From: Bdellovibrionales bacterium
Lineage (GTDB): Bacteria; Bdellovibrionota; UBA1018; JADZFF01
Assembly (NCBI GenBank): GCA_020850015.1
Contig: JADZFF010000084.1
Coordinates: 1 to 23,235 of the forward strand
Reading direction: 5' to 3'
DNA: 23,235 nt
Position numbers and translations under genes: made by a program. Of this stretch, positions 1 to 6,494 are shown piece after piece (positions within the stretch are counted from its first letter, which is position 1; every line of letters begins with the position of its first letter). The notes under the pieces were generated by a model. That model saw only the letters and a list, made by a program, of their open reading frames with translations. It had not been told where the DNA came from and ran no database searches.

Positions 1-12
1 CCATGCGCCCGA

Positions 13-80
13 GTCTGGTCCGCAATGGTGCGGGTCAGACGCTTAAGCCCACCCTCCGGGGTTGCCGAGACCTCGGAGGG
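13..80 (+). ncRNA. 3' part of a structured RNA or leader: two stable hairpins just upstream of the terminator
   Basis: Hairpin 1: 13-24 pairs with 29-40 (GTCTGGTCCGCA/TGCGGGTCAGAC, 12 bp with two G-U). Hairpin 2: 52-61 pairs with 71-80 (CCCTCCGGGG/CCTCGGAGGG, 10 bp with one G-U). No recognised RNA family. Confidence 0.45.
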
Positions 81-91
81 AGCTTTCTTAA

Positions 92-126
92 GGCCCCGGT
101 TTCCGAAAGGAAGCCGGGGCCTTTTT
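92..126 (+). terminator. Strong intrinsic (rho-independent) terminator
   Basis: GGCCCCGGTTTCC-GAAA-GGAAGCCGGGGCC-TTTTT: 13-bp stem with one G-U wobble, GAAA tetraloop, immediate T5 tract. Confidence 0.9.
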
Positions 127-144
127 ACGTTCGTTCGCAGAGTG

Positions 145-427
145 GGAGGGGTCTTCGCGTTGTCCCCCCACGGCAGCGTCGGACTTCCTGTCCTACTCGC
201 TTGCGCCATCCTGGCGCTCGCATGCTGCGTTGGGGGGACAGAGCCCTCCAAGAGGCATCAAGCCGCGAAGGACCAGGAGGGTCCGAAGCGGGTTTGTTGT
301 GGCCCACGGAAAGCGAGGCAGGAGCCGAGCTTCCGCCAGTCCTGTGGACTGTCCCGGAGGAGGATGCGGAGGGAAGGGCCCCCGCCTCCCCAGGCCCCAG
401 GCGGTCCCTTACCTCCCTCAACTCCGG
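145..427 (+). ncRNA. Putative structured RNA / long structured 5' leader
   Basis: Several nested perfect helices: 145-150/244-249, 161-170/231-240, 173-177/224-228, 203-208/212-217, 263-266/288-291 with 270-274/280-284, 338-342/346-350, 354-359/422-427, 382-387/399-404. Overlapping ORFs look non-coding. Strand is inferred from the downstream gene. Confidence 0.35.
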
Positions 428-472
428 ACGGGATTGTGCCGATCAGAGGGTTGAGACAGGGGGTCTGCCGCC

Positions 473-859
473 GTGAAGCTCACGCGGGTCGCCGAAAACA
501 TCCGAGTCCAGGAACGCGCGACGGCCGGCCGCGTGGTGCAGGAGCGCCCTGAAAAAGAGGGGTTCCAGCAGTTCGCCCAGGACCGCCAGCAGGATGACGC
601 AAGCCCGGACTCCAAGAAGGACAGACGCGAGCCTTCCCGTGAAGAGGTGGAGGACGCCATCCAGCATTTCGCCACGGAACGCCTCGCACGGGAGCGCGGC
701 TTCCAGGCCGACCTCGTCGGGTCGGGCCCCGGACTGAGGGTGGTCCTCAAAGACGGCACCGGCGCGGTGGTGCGCCAGTTCACGGGCGACGAGTTCGTGA
801 AGCTGAGGGAGTCCGTCGCTGCAGGCCCCTCGGGCGCCCTCCTGGACCGAAAGCTCTGA
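473..859 (+). CDS. Small protein with FlaG-like C-terminal region
   Basis: GTG start; C-terminal GPGLRVVLKDGTGAVVRQFTGDEFVKLRESV resembles the FlaG pattern of a conserved 'D..tG.vvrqip.ee.lkl' segment. Confidence 0.55.
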   Translation: MKLTRVAENIRVQERATAGRVVQERPEKEGFQQFAQDRQQDDASPDSKKDRREPSREEVEDAIQHFATERLARERGFQADLVGSGPGLRVVLKDGTGAVVRQFTGDEFVKLRESVAAGPSGALLDRKL

Positions 860-877
860 TTCGCGTATCCCTGAGGG

Positions 878-1633
878 GTGCGCCTCTTCGTGCTTTCGGA
901 TCTCCACATCGAAGACGATCGCGACCCGACTCTCGCGGCGCTGATCCGCTTCCTCGATACCGAAGCGCGCCCGGGCGACACCGTCGTGCTCGCGGGCGAC
1001 ATCTTCGACCTCTTCGTCGGCGCGAAAGCCGTATTCCTCGCCCGTTACGCGGGACTCCTGAGCGGGCTCCGGAACGCGGGTGAACGCGGAGTCGTGCTTC
1101 ACTACATCGAAGGCAACCACGACTTCCACCTGCGGGGCGCCCTAACGGCCATCCCCGGGCTAACCCTTCACGATGCTGAAGTCCCGCTCGAGCTCGGCGG
1201 ACGCCGCTTCTACGTGGCCCACGGGGATCTCGTGGACCGGAAGGACACCGGCTACCTGGCGCTTCGGCTCTTCTTCCGAAGCCCCCTCATGAAGGCCTTC
1301 GTGGCCGCCGCTCCATCAGCATGGATCGAGCGGATCGGCGACTTCAGCCGCGACCGCAGCAAGGGGCGCAACGCGCGCCTGTCCACGCAGCTCCCGCTCG
1401 ACCGGCTCGAGCGCCTCCGGTTGGCCTACCGGAACTTCGCCTGCGAGAAGATGCGCGAGGGCTACGACCACATCATCCTTGGCCACTGCCACGACCTCGA
1501 CGAGAAGGCCTTCATCATCGACGGGCGAAGGGGGCAGTACATCAACATGGGTTACCCCAAGGTCCACAAGAGCATCCTGGCCTGGGAAGCGGGCGAGGAG
1601 CGCGTGAGCCGCGTCCCCTTCGCGGCGAACTAG
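878..1633 (+). CDS. Calcineurin-like metallophosphoesterase, UDP-2,3-diacylglucosamine hydrolase (LpxH)-like
   Basis: GTG start; SDLHIEDD, LAGDIFDLF, EGNHDFH, HGD and ILGHCHD metal-binding motifs; LpxH-like length and order. Confidence 0.85.
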   Translation: MRLFVLSDLHIEDDRDPTLAALIRFLDTEARPGDTVVLAGDIFDLFVGAKAVFLARYAGLLSGLRNAGERGVVLHYIEGNHDFHLRGALTAIPGLTLHDAEVPLELGGRRFYVAHGDLVDRKDTGYLALRLFFRSPLMKAFVAAAPSAWIERIGDFSRDRSKGRNARLSTQLPLDRLERLRLAYRNFACEKMREGYDHIILGHCHDLDEKAFIIDGRRGQYINMGYPKVHKSILAWEAGEERVSRVPFAAN

Positions 1634-2538
1634 CGCGAGCCCGCTTCGCTTCGGTGATGCCCGGCCCGCTCGGGGTGCCAAGCCAGCTCCGCCAGCACGG
1701 CGAAGTGATCGGAGAGGTGGCGGCCCGCCACGGTCTCGTCGAAAGCTAGCTGAGTCGCCAGCACCTCGAGCCGGCCGCGGGAACCTGAGTCGCCCATCCA
1801 GATGTAGTCGAACCGGACCGACCCCTTCCGTCCGGGGATGTTGGAGTTGCGCGCGGGATTCCAGGAGTAGCCGTCGCGCGCGGCGGGGGGCAATGCCGGG
1901 TTCTGCTCCACGAACTCCCCATGCGCGTCCCGAAGCCCCGCCCAGCCCGAGAGGAAGGCGTGCGAATCCGAGCCTGGCTCGGTGTTAAAATCCCCGAGCA
2001 GGAGCAGCGGGCTTCCATCCGACCGCTCGGCGATGAACTCCCAAAGCTCCTGCGCCTGGAGCAGGCGGATGCGCTCGTTCCCGGAATGCGCGTTCAGGTG
2101 CGTGACGAACACGTCCACCGTTTCCCCATCGGGGACCCGCACCCGCGCGTGCAACATCCCCTTCGGAGTGAAACAGTCGTTCCACGAACACCTGGCGTAG
2201 GCGCGCCAAGCCGAGGCAACGATCGGCCAACGCGAAAGCACGAGCAGCCCGTCTCCGCCCAGGGGCCCCTTCCGGTTGCCCCGGGCCAGGTGAGGATAGG
2301 CCGGAATCCGCTCCAGAAGCGCCGTGCTCGGGTCGAAGGCTTCCTGGATCCCGATGATGTCCGCGCCCGTGGCTTCGATGCGCTCGGCGATCCTTGGAAT
2401 CCGGGAGGGCCGGATCAAGAAGGGGCTCTTGAGCCCCCAGATGTTAAAGGTCAGAACCCGGAGCTCGCGGGCCTCCACTGGCGCCGCCACTGCGCACCCC
2501 AAACCCAGAATCACGCCCCAAAGCCTGGCGAGCTTCAT
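1630..2538 (-). CDS. Secreted endonuclease/exonuclease/phosphatase (EEP) superfamily hydrolase, possibly sphingomyelinase-like
   Basis: Signal peptide MKLARLWGVILGLGCAVAAPVEA; motifs LTFNIWG, GIQEAF, VTHLNAH, LGDFNTEP, SDHFAV. The track ORF begins at 2580; ATG at 2538 fits the signal peptide better. Confidence 0.85.
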   Translation of the reverse strand: MKLARLWGVILGLGCAVAAPVEARELRVLTFNIWGLKSPFLIRPSRIPRIAERIEATGADIIGIQEAFDPSTALLERIPAYPHLARGNRKGPLGGDGLLVLSRWPIVASAWRAYARCSWNDCFTPKGMLHARVRVPDGETVDVFVTHLNAHSGNERIRLLQAQELWEFIAERSDGSPLLLLGDFNTEPGSDSHAFLSGWAGLRDAHGEFVEQNPALPPAARDGYSWNPARNSNIPGRKGSVRFDYIWMGDSGSRGRLEVLATQLAFDETVAGRHLSDHFAVLAELAWHPERAGHHRSEAGSR

Positions 2539-2687
2539 CCTCCGTCCCTTCCCCATCAGCGAGCTTACCCATTGTAGCAAAAGGAAAAAATAGCCCTAGT
2601 CGGAAACCTTGTCTTTAGAGTCCGACCGTATTACTCAGAACTTGGGCGAGGATGCCGCACCCAGCGGTAGAAGCGGAGCCCTGTCCC

Positions 2688-3704
2688 GTGAAAACGCTCC
2701 CCGCCCTCCTTGCCGGAATCGCCCTGCTGGCAACCCTGCCTCGGGCCTCTTCTGCCAGCGAGTCAGACCAATATTTCGCCTGGATCGAGGGCGTGGCCGA
2801 ATCTGGCCAGGCCCTCGACGAGCGTCTCCGCACCGTGATCCGCCGTAGTTTGCGAGGGATCAATCAGCGCACGATCCTGGGGCCGCGATCCTGCGAAGAG
2901 GTGGCGCTCAGAATCGCCACCGACCTGGGCAACGAGGCGGGCGCGATGGAGTTCCTTCCCGGTTCATTGGGAAATCTCCCCACCCAGCCAGGAACCCCCT
3001 GGGAGCACGCCCGGTACCGCCGGGTGAGCTACCTTGGCCCAATCCAATTCCGTGACTTCACGCTCATGCTCGCCTCCGCACCCACTCTGCGCGCCCACGG
3101 CGTGCTCTTCGGGATCGACAAGCTTCAGCACCTCTTCTCGACGGGCGCCATAGTCTACCGGAAATACCTCCGAGCGAGGGAAAGGGGCAGTTCTCCCGAG
3201 CATGCAGCCGCGGCTGCCGCGGATTTCGCGATCTGGACCGAGAACCACACCCTCGGCTACAGGAGCGATGGCGTGTTCTCCTTCGCCGACATCCACGCCG
3301 ACCTGATCGGGCTTCGTCTCCTGCGAAGCTGGTGCGAGGGCAACGAACCGGGGCTCGTCGAGGACCCCTTCGCCGGCTGGATCCTCAGCCGAGGGTTCAC
3401 GCTCGCGGGACTGCTGAGCCCCTACCTCGACGAGGCCTTCAACCCCTCCGTGCGGAGGCCGGCCTACTATGCCTTCACGCGCAATAGGGTGCGCGCCCAC
3501 TACTGCGCCCCGCTCCTGGGCGAAGCCTTGGACTCGATCCGGAGCGGTTACGAAGCTCGCCTTTCCCCACCGGATCTTGTGATCGAGGAAAGAATCGCGC
3601 GCGCGATCCGGGAAGGCGACGCGCCCGACCCCGGCCCTTACCGGTTGGAGAGCCTTTGCGCCGAGGAGCCCCACAAGGTCAGCCACCATCCTGCCGGGCG
3701 CTGA
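2688..3704 (+). CDS. Uncharacterised secreted protein with DKLQHLFSTGA motif
   Basis: In-frame GTG at 2688 gives signal peptide VKTLPALLAGIALLATLPRASSA; internal GIDKLQHLFSTGAIVYRKYL and FSFADIHADLIGLRLL segments; no family confidently recognised. Confidence 0.75.
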   Translation: MKTLPALLAGIALLATLPRASSASESDQYFAWIEGVAESGQALDERLRTVIRRSLRGINQRTILGPRSCEEVALRIATDLGNEAGAMEFLPGSLGNLPTQPGTPWEHARYRRVSYLGPIQFRDFTLMLASAPTLRAHGVLFGIDKLQHLFSTGAIVYRKYLRARERGSSPEHAAAAAADFAIWTENHTLGYRSDGVFSFADIHADLIGLRLLRSWCEGNEPGLVEDPFAGWILSRGFTLAGLLSPYLDEAFNPSVRRPAYYAFTRNRVRAHYCAPLLGEALDSIRSGYEARLSPPDLVIEERIARAIREGDAPDPGPYRLESLCAEEPHKVSHHPAGR

Positions 3705-3816
3705 GCGGGAGGGTCGCCGCCGACACTCTTCTCGCATCAGGGAGGGTGATATCCTGAACACGTCTCCTCACGGAGCGGGCGCGGCTTCCTGATCTCGGCA
3801 AGACCCGGAGGTTCCC

Positions 3817-4374
3817 ATGTCCACTGCTCCCGTGATGAAACCACAGTCCTATCCGGCTCCGCAGCAGCGGCCTCCGCTCGGTCTCGTGCCCCAGCCCGCG
3901 GCCCTGCAACCCGCCGGGTTCTGGGAGCGCTTCGCCGCGGCTTTCATCGACGGCCTCATCATCACGGCCGTTCAGGCCCCGTTCCAGTACCTGATGGACA
4001 GCTCGGTGGCCGTTGCCCAGCGGGAGATGGAAAGCGGCGACCCGGAACGCGTGCAACAGGCCACGATGATGCTTCTGGTGCTCGCGATCGGCAAGATCGG
4101 CCTCGTGGCCGTGCTCACCTTCGCCTACTACGGCCTCTTCTACCGCTCCAAGGGCGCCACGCCGGGGAAGCTGGCGCTGGGTCTGCGCGTGATCGACATG
4201 CGCCGGCAGGAGTACCCAGGGCTCGGGGCGACCTTCCTTCGAGAGTTCGTCGGCAAGACGCTCTCGGCGATCTTCTTCATGATCGGTTACCTCATGGCGG
4301 GCTTCCGCTCGGACAAGCGCGCCATGCACGACCTGATGGCGGGCACGCAGGTGATCCGCAAGCCGCGGGCCTGA
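3817..4374 (+). CDS. RDD family membrane protein
   Basis: AGFWERFAAAFIDGLIITAVQ, YYGLFYRSKGATPGKLALGLRVID and AGFRSDKRAMHDLMAGTQVI are RDD-family signatures. Confidence 0.88.
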   Translation: MSTAPVMKPQSYPAPQQRPPLGLVPQPAALQPAGFWERFAAAFIDGLIITAVQAPFQYLMDSSVAVAQREMESGDPERVQQATMMLLVLAIGKIGLVAVLTFAYYGLFYRSKGATPGKLALGLRVIDMRRQEYPGLGATFLREFVGKTLSAIFFMIGYLMAGFRSDKRAMHDLMAGTQVIRKPRA

Positions 4375-5160
4375 TCACTCCGCGGCGGGCATGGCGGCGG
4401 GGTCGCGGGCGCCGTCCCAGGGGATGGTGTCCGTGGCCGGCTCCAGGATCCTGAGCACCACGCGGCGGTTCCGCATCGTGGCGTTCGAATCCACCTTGCC
4501 GTCGTTCAGCCGCTCCGGGACCCAGGGCCTCGTGTCGCCATACCCGATCGCCAGAAGGTTTTCCGGATCGAATCCACGCTCCACGAAGAGACGTACCACG
4601 CGAGAGGCGCGCGCGGCGCTGAGCTCCCAGTTCGTGGGGTAAGGGCCGCTCAACACGGGCCTGCCGTCGGTGTGGCCCTCCACGACGATCCGGAATTTTT
4701 TCATCTCCATGTACTGGCGCTCGCTCAGGGCGTCCATGATCGAGCGCAGGACCGACCGGCCTTGCTCCGTGACGTTGGCGCTCAGCGTGTCGAAAAACAG
4801 CGTGCTGTGGAAGACCATGGCCACGCCCTCTGGCTCCGAATAGATCACGACGTCCTTCTCGACCCCGTTGCTCTCGACGAGTTGGGTAACAAACCGCGCG
4901 GTCTCCGCGCTCTCGCTCTTGTAGTCGCCGCCGAAGGCCTGGGCCACGGACTCGCGCACGGGCTCGAATTTCCGCTTGTCCAGCGTGGACATGCTGAACA
5001 TCATGATGAAGAAGCCGCAGAGAAGGGTCATCATGTCGGCATAGGAAACGAGCCAGTTCGACTCGTCGTCCGCCGCCTTCTTGGGCGGCTCCTGGCCCTT
5101 GCGGGCCTGGAGATCGTCCTGGATCGCCTGGGCTTTTTTCAGGAAGGAACTGATCGCCAT
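4375..5160 (-). CDS. motB: MotB-type stator protein with OmpA-like peptidoglycan-binding domain
   Basis: N-terminal TM with the proton-channel Asp context NWLVSYADMMTLLCGFFIMMFSMS; C-terminal VEGHTDGRPV and TNWELSAARASRVVRLFVERG. Confidence 0.9.
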   Translation of the reverse strand: MAISSFLKKAQAIQDDLQARKGQEPPKKAADDESNWLVSYADMMTLLCGFFIMMFSMSTLDKRKFEPVRESVAQAFGGDYKSESAETARFVTQLVESNGVEKDVVIYSEPEGVAMVFHSTLFFDTLSANVTEQGRSVLRSIMDALSERQYMEMKKFRIVVEGHTDGRPVLSGPYPTNWELSAARASRVVRLFVERGFDPENLLAIGYGDTRPWVPERLNDGKVDSNATMRNRRVVLRILEPATDTIPWDGARDPAAMPAAE

Positions 5161-5182
5161 GAGCCCTCCCGCGCGCAGAGGC

Positions 5183-5968
5183 CTAGGCGGCCTTGCGCAC
5201 CACCCTGTCTTTCGGCAGCACGAACGAGTTGAGCGTCTCGCGCATGCTGATCGGGTTGGTCTGGGACCTCAGCATCACGCAGCCCTCCACCACCATCCGG
5301 CGCAGCGCCACCTCCTCCTCCGTCCGCACGGTGAGGTTCTCCGCAATCGGGAGAAACACGAAGTTCGCGATCGCGATCCCGTAGAGCGTGCCCACGAGAC
5401 CGATCGACATCGCCGGACCGATCATGGCCTCAGCGCCCGGTTTCCCGAGCTGCTGAAGAAGCGCGATCATTCCAAGAGTCGTGGCCAGAAGCCCGAACGC
5501 CGGCGGGAATTTACCGATCGCGCGGAACATGTTGGCCTCGTACATGTAGCGGTGCTCCACGGTCTTGATCCTCTGCTCAAGCGCGTCGCGGATCTCGCGC
5601 TCCGAAAGCACCCCGCCGGCCACGAGCGATACGGCCTCTCGGAGGAAAGGGTGCCTAATGCCGGGCAGCATGTCGTTCAGCGCCGTCACGCCGCCGATCG
5701 AGGCTTTCTTGTTGAGATCCAGGATCTGCTCGATCACCTGGTGATACTCGTTCCTGTGCGTGCCCAGAACCCTCAGAAAAAACACTTTCAAGAGGGCGAC
5801 CAGCTTCGAAACCGGGAACATGATCGACGCCGCGGCCATCGTGCCCCCGCAGACGATCACGACGCCGTGGAAGTTCAGGAAGAACTTGGCATCCATTCCA
5901 CTCTCGTGGATCGATGCGCCCACGATCCCGAGCCCAAGCAATACTCCGAAGAAGGACGAAAAATTCAT
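5183..5968 (-). CDS. motA: MotA-type stator protein
   Basis: MotA layout: N-terminal TM pair (FFGVLLGLGIVGAS / FLNFHGVVIVCGGTMAAA), cytoplasmic loop SIGGVTALNDMLPGIRHPFLREAVSLVAGG, C-terminal AFGLLATTLGMIALLQQL / IGLVGTLYGIAIANFVFLPIAENL. Confidence 0.9.
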   Translation of the reverse strand: MNFSSFFGVLLGLGIVGASIHESGMDAKFFLNFHGVVIVCGGTMAAASIMFPVSKLVALLKVFFLRVLGTHRNEYHQVIEQILDLNKKASIGGVTALNDMLPGIRHPFLREAVSLVAGGVLSEREIRDALEQRIKTVEHRYMYEANMFRAIGKFPPAFGLLATTLGMIALLQQLGKPGAEAMIGPAMSIGLVGTLYGIAIANFVFLPIAENLTVRTEEEVALRRMVVEGCVMLRSQTNPISMRETLNSFVLPKDRVVRKAA

Positions 5969-5969
5969 A

Positions 5970-6494
5970 TCAGGCCGACTCCTTACGGCTCCGCATGCGG
6001 TCCACGGCGGTCTGCCAGAGCTGGTACTGACTCACGACGTAACTTCCGTCCAGCTCCCTCAGACGCATCACCAGATCCTTCACGCAACTCTCGTAGAAGC
6101 GCACCTTCCGATCTCCAGACTCGTTGAGAAAGTGCTTGAACGCCTCCTTCGAAATGAAGAAGGTCCTGCACCTGGACTTCGCCCGAACAGTCGCGGAACG
6201 CGGCTGGTCGTCCACGAGCGACATCTCCCCGAAGTAGCTTCCCGCCGCAAGCTCCCCCACATCGTAGATCTCCTCGGTGCTCGGGTTCTTCTTGAAAACA
6301 CCCACCGCCCCCTCGGCGATGAGGAAAAGGCCCCAGGAAAACTCGCCCTCGACCACGACGTTCGAATAGGCCTCGAAGTCCCTGGCATTTCCGAGCTTGA
6401 GGAGCGCATCAAGCTCGGGGTTCGTGAACGGTGCGAAAAGCTTGATCTCGCGGAGCCACTGCACAGAGGGTTGCGTGAAGTTCGGGTCTACCAT
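5970..6494 (-). CDS. Cyclic nucleotide-binding (CRP/PKA-type) domain protein without DNA-binding domain
   Basis: VVVEGEFSWGLFLIAEGAVGVFKK and GSYFGEMSLVDDQPRSATVRAKSRC cNMP-binding cassette; no C-terminal HTH evident. Confidence 0.87.
   Translation of the reverse strand: MVDPNFTQPSVQWLREIKLFAPFTNPELDALLKLGNARDFEAYSNVVVEGEFSWGLFLIAEGAVGVFKKNPSTEEIYDVGELAAGSYFGEMSLVDDQPRSATVRAKSRCRTFFISKEAFKHFLNESGDRKVRFYESCVKDLVMRLRELDGSYVVSQYQLWQTAVDRMRSRKESA

Noticed and set aside
1-472. RNase P RNA, tmRNA, SRP RNA or a common riboswitch in the leader region
   Set aside because: Hallmarks such as GAGGAAAGUCCGGGC, the tRNA-like end of tmRNA, and the SRP GGUCAGG/GGAAGG loops were not found on the + strand; 6S RNA could not be excluded by eye.
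3-552. Overlapping ORFs 3..476 and 25..552 on +
   Set aside because: Arg/Pro/Gly-rich translations with no domain-like features, running through a strong terminator and multiple hairpins; more likely chance ORFs in GC-rich non-coding DNA.
4375-5968. Calling the MotA/MotB pair simply ExbB/ExbD or TolQ/TolR
   Set aside because: The MotB protein has a C-terminal OmpA peptidoglycan-binding domain and the MotA protein has the MotA-type loop and length, fitting Mot rather than Exb/Tol proteins.
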